Shown here: piece by piece, positions 49,755 through 58,456 of the stretch
Layout: each line of letters starts with the position of its first letter
How positions within the stretch are numbered: position 1 is the stretch's first letter
From: a virus
Taxonomy: Duplodnaviria; Caudoviricetes
Direction: 5' to 3' (one strand)
DNA length: 64,000 nt
IMG/VR virus record: IMGVR_UViG_3300027234_000002
Location: 4,470-68,469 of that record
Program-made: the position numbers and the translations under genes
The notes under the pieces: model-generated
What the model saw: the letters and a program-made list of their open reading frames with translations, nothing else
What the model was told of the DNA's origin: nothing
Databases searched by the model: none

Positions 49755-51013
49755 TTTCCAAAGTTTTTAGATCCAGTCTTATTACCAGAGTTATTGTTTA
49801 AATTTCTAGAAGACTGCTTTCTTCCAAGCAATAAATCAGCTTGTTGCGAGAAAGGCTCCATCAATTGAGTTTCACTTCCTTTAGGTAGTTCTGCAAATCT
49901 GTTAGTAGCTCCATCAAATAGAAAATGATGATAAACATTAGGTCTACCAAATCTATTCTTTAAAACTATTGCAGCTCTAAAACAATCTCTAAGTCTAGCT
50001 ATATCATATGCATGATATTCCTCAAATCCATACCTGTCTGGAGAATAAACTCCTATTACAACTTTAGCATCTCTCTGGATCTCTTTATTATTAGCAAAGT
50101 TAGCTAATGAAGGTTCAGTTTTCTTTTGAATACTTTCACCTCTGTTAGTAAATTGCTCCTTTTCTCCAGATTGCTCCTGCTGTATGACATTAACTACAGC
50201 CCAATTCCAGTGTTTAGTAATTTGCTTTAATGCATAATTAGTACTCCAGTGGGCCATTGTTTGATGCTTACTCATCATAGAGTCTCCATCTTTAACCTTC
50301 TCAGGCGTAAGTAAACTCATATGATCAACAACTACAATTACAATTGAATTAGGATCATGTGGTACATAGTGACTATATACTTTTACATTTTCCTTAACTG
50401 TAATTTTCCTTCCATATGTTGGACTACTTGGGTTTTTATCAATTTTATTCTTAATAAATTCCCTGTCTTCAAATACGTGCTCTCCATTGTGGTCAGCATA
50501 ATTACGACAATACTTGTATATTCCTGTTGGATTATACACACTGTCAATTATCTCCACATTACTAAGCAAATCTTCTATATCATCAATATTAGTGTCTATT
50601 AAACTCATCATATTTGAATCAAGAGATTTTTGCCTATAACCTTGAAGAGTTAATAAATCCATCTTTATGCCACATCTCTTTGAGATGAAATTACATATCA
50701 TTGTGTCTATAAACTCTTTCTCAGACTCTTCTAGTGCAAAATAAAATATTTTCAATTTTATTCCATGCTTTAAGGCATACTCTAAAGGCTCTCTAACATA
50801 GAGTGCCTTAGTCAATTGAGTTTTACCCACACCAGAACCTGCTGTAACCATCTGTATCATTCCCGGAACTACTCCAGGTACAGACTGCATCAATTTAGGG
50901 TAGTTTTCAAATGGTATACAAAATATTTTACCACTATCCTTTTCAGATTTTATCTGCTTAAGCTCCTCTACCCTTTTTCTTACTTTACCTATTGGATTTA
51001 TTTTTTCTTCCAT
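49751..51013 (-). CDS. DnaB-like (SF4) replicative helicase
   Basis: TAGSGVGKT, YF.LEE, VVVDH, IQQ, K..QRD...V.G and LKNR.G motifs. Confidence 0.9.
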   Translation of the reverse strand: MEEKINPIGKVRKRVEELKQIKSEKDSGKIFCIPFENYPKLMQSVPGVVPGMIQMVTAGSGVGKTQLTKALYVREPLEYALKHGIKLKIFYFALEESEKEFIDTMICNFISKRCGIKMDLLTLQGYRQKSLDSNMMSLIDTNIDDIEDLLSNVEIIDSVYNPTGIYKYCRNYADHNGEHVFEDREFIKNKIDKNPSSPTYGRKITVKENVKVYSHYVPHDPNSIVIVVVDHMSLLTPEKVKDGDSMMSKHQTMAHWSTNYALKQITKHWNWAVVNVIQQEQSGEKEQFTNRGESIQKKTEPSLANFANNKEIQRDAKVVIGVYSPDRYGFEEYHAYDIARLRDCFRAAIVLKNRFGRPNVYHHFLFDGATNRFAELPKGSETQLMEPFSQQADLLLGRKQSSRNLNNNSGNKTGSKNFGK

Positions 51014-51213
51014 TAATAAATATCTTTATCAAAAAAATTTTCAATATCATCTTTTTTTTTAATATATATAAACACAATAGGAATAATAATCCCACAAAAT
51101 GCAAATAATAAAATTATAAAAATATCTCTTACTTTTATAGATCCTTGTTCAGTTTTACATAAATATAATGAAGACGCTATTCCTATTAAATACCAAATTA
51201 TAAAATATACCAT
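51013..51213 (-). CDS. Small membrane protein
   Basis: Two hydrophobic segments in 66 aa. Confidence 0.55.
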   Translation of the reverse strand: MVYFIIWYLIGIASSLYLCKTEQGSIKVRDIFIILLFAFCGIIIPIVFIYIKKKDDIENFFDKDIY

Positions 51214-51232
51214 GTTTTTATTTTTTTAATTG

Positions 51233-51490
51233 TTAATAATGTAGCCCGTCATTTCCATTCTGAGCTATAATTTTCATTCTCTCATCAGCATCATCTTCTT
51301 CTTCTTGAGTTCTTAATCCTATTGGTGGAAATATTTTACCACCTTGTCTAGATTTAAGTGGAGAGATTTTGCTTTCAACCTCAACCATTTCACAAACATG
51401 ACCATCATCCCATCTAGGACTTGGTGGAGCACCATTTCCTGTTGTACTGTAACCTGTACCACATTCTTTACATTTAAATGCTCTTGCCAT
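51233..51490 (-). CDS. Zn-ribbon-like hypothetical protein
   Basis: CKECG ... H.C motif; C-terminal IIAQNGNDGLHY. Confidence 0.55.
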   Translation of the reverse strand: MARAFKCKECGTGYSTTGNGAPPSPRWDDGHVCEMVEVESKISPLKSRQGGKIFPPIGLRTQEEEDDADERMKIIAQNGNDGLHY

Positions 51491-51663
51491 TACAATTCAA
51501 TTTGTTTAAATTCACAGCATTTTGTGCATCTATATGTAGTTCTAGTTGTATGAGGTTTTTTTGAACTTTCATTTTCAAAAATATTCATTTTATGCTCTAA
51601 GACCCATTCATGATCACATCTATAGGATTTACTCTTGATCCATTCAATTATTGCTTCTAACAT
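51490..51663 (-). CDS. Small Zn-ribbon-like protein (57 aa, not in the ORF track)
   Basis: Hand-translated MLEAIIEWIKSKSYRCDHEW...YRCTKCCEFKQIEL; stop overlaps the next ATG. Confidence 0.55.
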   Translation of the reverse strand: MLEAIIEWIKSKSYRCDHEWVLEHKMNIFENESSKKPHTTRTTYRCTKCCEFKQIEL

Positions 51664-51835
51664 AATCTTTATTTTTTAATTTAATTTCTCTCAATTGGTT
51701 CCTCCAATAAGCTATTGCTGAATAGATATTATCACAATAATCTTGATAATCTATTTCATTAACTTCAGTCTCTTCGAACATATCACAACTCTTTTGTAAT
51801 TGTCCTATAATCTGTTGTATTTGTTGTTCCGTCAT
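51644..51835 (-). CDS. Hypothetical protein
   Basis: 63-aa ORF. Confidence 0.5.
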   Translation of the reverse strand: MTEQQIQQIIGQLQKSCDMFEETEVNEIDYQDYCDNIYSAIAYWRNQLREIKLKNKDYVRSNN

Positions 51836-51837
51836 GA

Positions 51838-52392
51838 TTACATATAATCTTCGTTACTATATTTATTTTCTGGCACTATACCATCATCAACTAAGAATGA
51901 ATACTTTTCATGATATCCTTCATTCAACCATCTTCTAGCTTCAACCATGTATTCAAGATTACCATTTTTAGTCTTATCCTTAACTTCCTGTTGAAGGACT
52001 AAAATAGCTTTTTCTTGAGCCTTGATATCTTTCTTGAAAACTGAATTCCATTTCTTTCTTAATGCTTTGCCCAAAATTGTATTGGGCTTAGAAGGAGATA
52101 AAGCTCTTTTACCTCCGTGATGTTTTTTCACCATTGTAGGATAAGTCTCTAGCCAGATTGCAAAATAATCTTCATCTGCATTGAACAACTCACTACCTTT
52201 TTCTCTTAAATAAACTTGATTATTTGTTAGTTTAACAAAACCTTTACCTTCTAGTGAAACTAGTGTAGGTAAAGGATTGTCAATTAAATCCCCTATTGGA
52301 TAACCATGAACAATATCATACAATACCAAATACTCATTAACAGACATTTTATTAGACCTAATTAGATCTAATGGTAGTGTTAATTCATCCAT
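51838..52392 (-). CDS. Putative replication initiator/loader (winged-helix N-terminus)
   Basis: L..LE.KGF.K wHTH-like segment; F..W...YP and W.N...E motifs; lies between the SF2 and DnaB helicases as in crAss-like genomes. Confidence 0.5.
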   Translation of the reverse strand: MDELTLPLDLIRSNKMSVNEYLVLYDIVHGYPIGDLIDNPLPTLVSLEGKGFVKLTNNQVYLREKGSELFNADEDYFAIWLETYPTMVKKHHGGKRALSPSKPNTILGKALRKKWNSVFKKDIKAQEKAILVLQQEVKDKTKNGNLEYMVEARRWLNEGYHEKYSFLVDDGIVPENKYSNEDYM

Positions 52393-52394
52393 TT

Positions 52395-53651
52395 TTAACT
52401 GTATTTTACATATTTCTCGTCAAAATCTTTCATAGAATTCTCGAAATACTTGATATCTTGTGTATTATCTACTACAAAGATATGTAATTCTGGGAATTCA
52501 TGTCTAAGTGTTCTACCCATCATTTGATAGAATGAACCAATTGAACTATCCAATTGTGTGATCACTCCTTTCTCAATATTGGTAAGATTAACACTTTCCC
52601 TAAGCATGTTTACTGCAAATAATTCAGCACACTCTTCTCTATTGAAACAATCTATTAATTCTTGATTGTGTTCTTTAGAGTTCTTTGAATGCACAGCACT
52701 ATCAGATCCTACCTCTTCAGATTGCTTTACTGAACCAGTAAAACATATGAATCTATTATTCTGCGCTCTAAACTTTTTTACTAAAGATTTAACTCTTGTA
52801 GTTTTAACCTCTGCAATAAATCTCTTTCTAACAGTTGACAAATTTAAATATTTATTTCTACAATTTAGTTTTAATAAGTAGTTAAAATTTGCTTCATCCA
52901 TAGAAATTGCCTTTAACTTTTCAATCTCAGCTGTTATTCCATCGTAATATTCCTGCTCTGTACCTTCACAAATTATTCCTACACCTTTAGGAACCTTCCA
53001 TTTAAATGTATTGTAATCTTTAAAATTACATTTATAACTAATCTCACTTCCTTTTTTAGGCTTCTTCATTTGATGTGACCATACTTTGCCAGCATGCTTC
53101 TTATTCAAATTGAATTTATGAACAATTAATTCAGGTTCAGGTAATAGTCCAAAGTTAAATGCTTGTACTAATGAAATCTTATTGTATTTAATCTGATTTC
53201 TGCACAATGCATTAATTTGCATTTTCTTTTTTAAAGGAATAGTTGCTGATAAAAATATCAACTTAACATTCTTCTGAAGAATATTCTTTAGAGAACCTAC
53301 TCTCTTCTCAGTCAATGCATGGCATTCATCAAGTATTACAAAGTCAGCCTTATCTTTATATTTATGTAAAGAAGCATATAGAATCACCTCAATGTTTTTT
53401 AATAAGTCTTTTTTTCTATGCTTAATAAAATCATCTTTCCAGTTTTTTCTATGAGTATGCTCTTTACAGACTATATAACCTTTAGCTTTCTTGTTTACTT
53501 TAATGATATCTTCAGCAATTTTTGCTGCAGCTAGAGTTTTACCACAGCCAGTTGCCCACTCTAAACATAGAAACTGATGTTTCTTTGATAGAGTGACAGC
53601 TTTGGCTTGGATTTTATCTCTTATTTGATTCTGATTAAAAGTCTTCATCAT
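52395..53651 (-). CDS. Superfamily 2 helicase
   Basis: ATGCGKT, ILDECH, LSAT, L.ESVN and Q..GR.LR motifs. Confidence 0.9.
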   Translation of the reverse strand: MMKTFNQNQIRDKIQAKAVTLSKKHQFLCLEWATGCGKTLAAAKIAEDIIKVNKKAKGYIVCKEHTHRKNWKDDFIKHRKKDLLKNIEVILYASLHKYKDKADFVILDECHALTEKRVGSLKNILQKNVKLIFLSATIPLKKKMQINALCRNQIKYNKISLVQAFNFGLLPEPELIVHKFNLNKKHAGKVWSHQMKKPKKGSEISYKCNFKDYNTFKWKVPKGVGIICEGTEQEYYDGITAEIEKLKAISMDEANFNYLLKLNCRNKYLNLSTVRKRFIAEVKTTRVKSLVKKFRAQNNRFICFTGSVKQSEEVGSDSAVHSKNSKEHNQELIDCFNREECAELFAVNMLRESVNLTNIEKGVITQLDSSIGSFYQMMGRTLRHEFPELHIFVVDNTQDIKYFENSMKDFDEKYVKYS

Positions 53652-54204
53652 TCAGCTCATCAATATCACCACTAAATTGGTCAGAATCATTACTGTCTTT
53701 GAACTTATCAAGTAGATCTTTTGATCTAGATTTATTATTTGACTTTTCTGATAAATCCTTTTCCATCATTTTCTTAAGACCCTCTTTAACTTCATCAGGA
53801 AGTTCATCAAGATCAATTTTTTCTCCATTAGGACCTATTGCCATTGCATGAACAGATGAGTTACTTGAAGATGAACTTGATGGATTACCATTGTTTTCAG
53901 CGTATTGAACAGCTTTACTAACAAGGGTTTTAAAAGCTCTATCTTTCATCATTGCTTGACCTAGCAATGCAACAAGATCTTTTGTTCTACCCATAATTCC
54001 TCCTTTAAGACTGATATCATCTTCATCTTCACTATCTTGACATGCACTAAGTATTATAGTAGCATTCATGATTTCACTTTCAGCCATATCATCAGTTAGC
54101 TTATCAAAGTTTTCTATAGTCTCTTTAGATAAGTCACTGAATTTATCTGATAATTCTTTTTTTACTCCGTCAAATTGATCTCCAATTTTATTAAATATAC
54201 CCAT
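53635..54204 (-). CDS. Hypothetical acidic protein
   Basis: 189-aa ORF. Confidence 0.55.
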   Translation of the reverse strand: MGIFNKIGDQFDGVKKELSDKFSDLSKETIENFDKLTDDMAESEIMNATIILSACQDSEDEDDISLKGGIMGRTKDLVALLGQAMMKDRAFKTLVSKAVQYAENNGNPSSSSSSNSSVHAMAIGPNGEKIDLDELPDEVKEGLKKMMEKDLSEKSNNKSRSKDLLDKFKDSNDSDQFSGDIDELNDEDF

Positions 54205-54680
54205 TAGTTTTCTTTTTTATTGTTTAAATATTCTTTTACTCTTTCTATCCAGTTCAAATTAGGCTTTTCTATCATTTCTTCAGAAGATCTGAATCTATTT
54301 AAAAAGTCAATTGAATTGTAAAGGTTATCAAACTCATCTTCGAATGCTTCATACATTTTAACATCAGTCTTCATTAATTCACTTTTGATCATTTTCACAA
54401 TATAAGATAGGTCTTCATCTTCAGCACCTTCCTCTTTAAGTTCATTAAATTTATCAATAGCTTTTGACTTAGCATTATTCCTAACCACAACACTTTTTGT
54501 TATTTTCTCAACTATATTAGTGAGTAAAGCTATTACTGAAGCAAATTCAGCATTACTTATAATATTTTTAAATGAATCGCCATCCTTGAAAGCAACTTCA
54601 TTTTCTGAATTTTCAGCTTTAATTATACCCTCGTTTGCCAGAATATTATCCAATTCCTTGTAGTCATTTTTTTTTCCCAT
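54204..54680 (-). CDS. Hypothetical protein
   Basis: 158-aa ORF. Confidence 0.55.
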   Translation of the reverse strand: MGKKNDYKELDNILANEGIIKAENSENEVAFKDGDSFKNIISNAEFASVIALLTNIVEKITKSVVVRNNAKSKAIDKFNELKEEGAEDEDLSYIVKMIKSELMKTDVKMYEAFEDEFDNLYNSIDFLNRFRSSEEMIEKPNLNWIERVKEYLNNKKEN

Positions 54681-54684
54681 CTTT

Positions 54685-54951
54685 TTAGTGATTTTTAGTT
54701 ATTAATTCTTGTTCTACTGCTCTGTATGAAATTTCAAATTGTAGAGTATCTAGATATATTTCTTTACTAGCATGATCTCCTCTCTTTATTTTTGCAACTA
54801 TATTCTTAAGATGATTACTATCTAGATCTTTAAGAACTATGGATTTCATCTGTTGAGTAGTCCATACAAAGTTTTCTCTAGTCATTATATGATTCTTCAT
54901 CTCTTCAGAATTCTTATCATATTTGAATACTTTTCTTTTTCTCAACTCCAT
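54685..54951 (-). CDS. Hypothetical protein
   Basis: W.T......LKDLD..HL.NI motif common in phage proteins. Confidence 0.5.
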   Translation of the reverse strand: MELRKRKVFKYDKNSEEMKNHIMTRENFVWTTQQMKSIVLKDLDSNHLKNIVAKIKRGDHASKEIYLDTLQFEISYRAVEQELITKNH

Positions 54952-54952
54952 A

Positions 54953-55177
54953 TCAATTCTTTTTTAATCTTGAATGATAAATAATTAATTTTACAGCCAC
55001 TACTGAATTAATGACCGGTAAAACACTTGCAAAAACTGAAAATACAAGTGCTTTATAAAATAAACTATCTTTTGGACCAAATTCATTCCAATTACTCATT
55101 TCTAATCCCAATTCACATAAGCAATATATTATTGATACTACATATATTACTAATAAAACTATTTTTAATGTTTCCAT
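54953..55177 (-). CDS. Small membrane protein
   Basis: Two hydrophobic helices. Confidence 0.55.
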   Translation of the reverse strand: METLKIVLLVIYVVSIIYCLCELGLEMSNWNEFGPKDSLFYKALVFSVFASVLPVINSVVAVKLIIYHSRLKKN

Positions 55178-55207
55178 GATTTTTTTATTTAATGGTTAAT
55201 AATTTAT

Positions 55208-55355
55208 AACTCTCTTAGGGTGTTCAAGGCCCATTGCTCTATATGAACACTTTAGGTATGACTCATCCGTATTTTCACTCTTATCCTGCCAAGAAAGGAC
55301 CTATGGAGTTTAGCTACTCGTGGCCTATTGCAAGTACGCCTGCTCCAAGAGAGTT
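55208..55355 (-). ncRNA. Candidate structured RNA with two CAATRGGCC loops
   Basis: 9-bp closing stem AACTCTCTT/AAGAGAGTT with nested stems GGAG/CTCC, TACTTG/CGAGTA, TAGGT/ACCTA and GTGTTCA/TGAACAC; GC-rich intergenic region. Confidence 0.55.
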
Positions 55356-55474
55356 AATTTTAAATATTGTAAAAAAGAATGAGGGCCCTGCTTGATCCTC
55401 GCTACGGAGTTACACAAAAGGTTTTATTTTTGTTGGCTTCACCTGCATTCCTACGTCACTGTTAAAGTGATAGA

Positions 55475-55717
55475 TTATTCTTTTATAGTAAATGCTAATA
55501 AAATAACTTTAAAAAGAGTTGCAATCATTATTGTAAATGAAATATGTTTGTTTGGCATACCCATGAACTCTTTAAAAATGTATATTGAAATAGCATCCAT
55601 CATTATCATCATTATTAAAGGGACTAAAACCATTTCTCTTGGTAATATCTTTCCTATCTTTAAACTAATGATTGCAAATACGATCATTACTATAATTAAA
55701 AATACTGATTCAATCAT
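55475..55717 (-). CDS. Small membrane protein (about three TM segments)
   Basis: Highly hydrophobic 80 aa. Confidence 0.55.
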   Translation of the reverse strand: MIESVFLIIVMIVFAIISLKIGKILPREMVLVPLIMMIMMDAISIYIFKEFMGMPNKHISFTIMIATLFKVILLAFTIKE

Positions 55718-55719
55718 GA

Positions 55720-56157
55720 TTAAATGTATCTTTTTGTGTCTGATTTCTTACTAATTTCATACTGCATCATTGCATCTAAGAAATCTTGTGAAGTAGCATT
55801 ATCTAATTCTTTTTCATTTAAATCAGAATAGTGCTCTAAGAATTCTCTTTCATTAGCATACACAGTATCAGTGTCTTTATCTAAAGATAATAATTCTTTA
55901 GGTAGTTCATATGGAACATCACAATTAGCTCTGAATTTAGCAGCACCTCTACATTGAGATACCGTTTCAGGATTGCTTCCTTTTCCATTGTAGTTTTTGT
56001 CTTCATGACATGGTAGCCAAAATGGACCCCTTGTCTGACCTATGTAAACAAGTGGATCACTGTGTCCAAGTGTTTCTTCTGTTGCTGGAAGTCCTTTTTT
56101 GAATGGACATTTACCACAACATTTTGTACTTTTAGTTTCTTTGAAGTTTGTATTCAT
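55720..56157 (-). CDS. Cys-rich putative metal-binding protein
   Basis: CCGKCPF ... LPCH ... QC.GA motifs. Confidence 0.55.
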   Translation of the reverse strand: MNTNFKETKSTKCCGKCPFKKGLPATEETLGHSDPLVYIGQTRGPFWLPCHEDKNYNGKGSNPETVSQCRGAAKFRANCDVPYELPKELLSLDKDTDTVYANEREFLEHYSDLNEKELDNATSQDFLDAMMQYEISKKSDTKRYI

Positions 56158-56186
56158 GAGTTTAGTTTTTTTAATATTAATAAAAT

Positions 56187-56218
56187 AAAAAAGCCCTATT
56201 AGTTATAATAGGGCTTTT
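56187..56218 (-). terminator. Intrinsic terminator after the SPFH gene
   Basis: AAAAGCCCTATT/AATAGGGCTTTT with A/T tracts on both sides. Confidence 0.8.
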
Positions 56219-56234
56219 ACAAATGAGTATTATT

Positions 56235-57428
56235 CTAGTTCTTCTTCTTGTTGTTGCTAACTTTCTCAGAAAGTTCATACAATCTCTCTAATTGAAATGT
56301 TTGAAGTGCACCTCCACCATTGCCATCAGATCCTCCTGATACAATTCTAGGAAATACAATTCCACTTGGGCCAGCTAATGCTTTCATTACTCCAATCCTA
56401 GTGTCTCTTTCAATTTGAGCTTTCTCTAATGGAGATAATCCAGCTTGAACCTTAAGTTTATCACCTTCAGCTTCACCTTTCTTTAAAGCTAATATTGCTG
56501 CTGCATTTAACTTATCTCTTTTAAGATTTTGTTCTGCTACTGCTGCTTCTTTTTCTGCTCTAATAACTGCTTGAAGTTTAGATGATTCCTCTCTAGCTTT
56601 AGTTTCAGCAATTAACTTCTCACCTTTAGCTTTTTCTGTTAAAGCTTCTTGTTGAGCTGTTATTAATTGTTGTTTAGCTGTAGCTTCATCAGATGCTGCA
56701 TCAATCTTAGATTTTAATTTCTCATAAATTCTTGCATCGTATTCAACAAAATCAATTGAACTAAATGAAGCAATCATACCATAAGTTTGAATGTCTGATT
56801 GAGTTCTTAAGAAATCTCCATTATCATCAGTCTTTTCTTGAACTTTAATGTAAGTCTTTTCTGTACCATCTTCTAGTTTCCTAGTTTTAGTTTCAGTGAC
56901 TAACAATACTTGCCCTCTACGTAACTGATCTTGAAAGTATTCCTTTAATTGAGACTGTCCACCACTATAATGAGCTTCAGAAGATAATCTCTGAGTGCTA
57001 TAATTCATGGTTTCTTTTTGATACTGCAATAAGGTAGTTTTCATTAAATTATCAATACTATTATATGTAGTATGTAATTCAGTCATTTCAGTACTTTTGT
57101 TAGGTAAATCCCACTTAACAGTGTGTCCAACCATAGCTTGATCACCTTCACTAAATGTAGCAGTGTGCTCAGATGTCCAGTAATCAGCCTCTTCAGACCT
57201 TTTTGCTTTAGGACCTACTTGGATAGTTACATTGTTTGGGTAAGTTGTTACCTTTGATCTGATACCAGCATAGTAAAATCCTGGATCAAACTTAACACTC
57301 AAATCTCCTCCAAATGTCTGTATAACCTGTCTGTTACCAGCATCATTAATTGCAAATGGATTCAATGCAAATGCTACAATTAATAGCAATCCTACGATCA
57401 TGTAAATCTTAAACTTTTTGTTTTTCAT
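56235..57428 (-). CDS. SPFH/band-7 (prohibitin/flotillin-like) membrane protein
   Basis: N-terminal TM helix, ..G.R.V.QT..G.L.V...PG.Y, SPFH core and long Ala/Glu/Lys coiled coil. Confidence 0.85.
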   Translation of the reverse strand: MKNKKFKIYMIVGLLLIVAFALNPFAINDAGNRQVIQTFGGDLSVKFDPGFYYAGIRSKVTTYPNNVTIQVGPKAKRSEEADYWTSEHTATFSEGDQAMVGHTVKWDLPNKSTEMTELHTTYNSIDNLMKTTLLQYQKETMNYSTQRLSSEAHYSGGQSQLKEYFQDQLRRGQVLLVTETKTRKLEDGTEKTYIKVQEKTDDNGDFLRTQSDIQTYGMIASFSSIDFVEYDARIYEKLKSKIDAASDEATAKQQLITAQQEALTEKAKGEKLIAETKAREESSKLQAVIRAEKEAAVAEQNLKRDKLNAAAILALKKGEAEGDKLKVQAGLSPLEKAQIERDTRIGVMKALAGPSGIVFPRIVSGGSDGNGGGALQTFQLERLYELSEKVSNNKKKN

Positions 57429-57456
57429 TTTTTAATTATTTTTATAATATTAATAT

Positions 57457-58268
57457 TTTAGCACCCTTTCCCATTATTGTATTCAACTCTATCCTTGATA
57501 GAGGCAATAATGAGGGTTGGGTCATGTTTCACTGTTATTATTACCCTCGACACGAGCACTATCTATCTGCTTGATAATAATAATAACAATGTTTTTCTGC
57601 TGAGAACTCATTTCTACTGCAAACGGTAGTTAGTTTGGCACTCTCATCCTTTCTCAAGGGACCAGTAAATCTAGCATTCCTGCCAGTATCTTTATATAAA
57701 TAACAAAGAAGTTTTAACGCTTCCGACAAATGTTATTTATACAGGTATTCAATGTTTAACCTTATTTAGCACCCTCTTTCTTATTAGATGTTTTCTGTTC
57801 TCGTTTATTTCAACGCTTGTGAATTTCACACTGTAATCTAATAAGAGTAGGGTCACGTAGTTAAGTCATTGACATAAAGATAGAATCAAATCTATCTCAG
57901 TTAAAAGGTTATACCTATCTCCCTTAATCAAAACTACTTGCTGAGAACTCATTTGTGTTGTATAGAACCAATATTCTATTCTTGTATTTGACGGTATGCA
58001 CTTTCTCAAGGTGTACAACACATCCAGGATTACTCCATTACTTACGTATTAATAGGTTACTGTATTAGCCTTCACCTATAATTACCATTTACCAAGTAGA
58101 ACAATCTAATTTCTTTCTACACCTTATTAGAGCCTCTTCACTCTTTCCTCAGTAACATCCTGTCAATTCAGGATTAGTATCTTTATGTAAATGTACGGGT
58201 CAAACCCTCTTTCATACAGCATTACCTGTTAATGGACTACATTTACAAAGGTTTCAATGTTTAACCTT
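57457..58268 (-). ncRNA. Tandem duplicated three-motif structured RNA array (candidate ncRNA or long leader)
   Basis: Motif I at 58176-58268 and 57685-57763; motif II at 57939-58022 and 57598-57669; motif III at 57765-57855 and 57457-57524; identical cores, compensatory stems, no ORF in the track. Confidence 0.7.
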
Positions 58269-58342
58269 TATTTTTAGTGCTTAAATGCACAATTATGTCT
58301 CTGCTCCAGCCTATACAGTAGAAGCATTGACATTTTGATTTA

Positions 58343-58438
58343 TTATCCATTTATTATTATTCCATTAAATAAATTTGCAAACAGCAAATATAATATAACT
58401 ATTGCTATAGCTAAAGTTATTGACTCTTTTTTTTCCAT
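58343..58438 (-). CDS. 31-aa single-pass membrane peptide (not in the ORF track)
   Basis: Hand-translated MEKKESITLAIAIVIIYLLFANLFNGIIING; AT-rich start context. Confidence 0.45.
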   Translation of the reverse strand: MEKKESITLAIAIVILYLLFANLFNGIIING

Positions 58439-58456
58439 AATTAATGGTGTTAAATA

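Noticed and set aside
57457-57590. SAM-I riboswitch (TTATCAAG, GAGGG, GACCC, CAACC, AAGGGTGCTAAA on the - strand)
   Set aside because: The words occur, but spacing is wrong, GCAAC and the 3' GAU strand of P1 are missing, and the second copy of motif III lacks the upstream words. An Rfam scan would settle it.
57598-58022. HDV-like ribozyme reading of motif II
   Set aside because: Crossing P1/P2 topology fits, but there is no compact P3/L3, no P1.1 and no catalytic C in the final joiner (AATGAG).
58120-58156. Hammerhead core CTGAGGA or RNase P-like GAGGAAAG
   Set aside because: No GAAA after the candidate stem II; no GTCC or the other RNase P conserved regions.
58385-58415. Bacteroidota promoter (TATATTTG, - strand) driving the RNA array
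   Set aside because: It lies inside a plausible 31-aa ORF and the -33 position reads TTTA/TAG rather than TTG; possible but unsupported.
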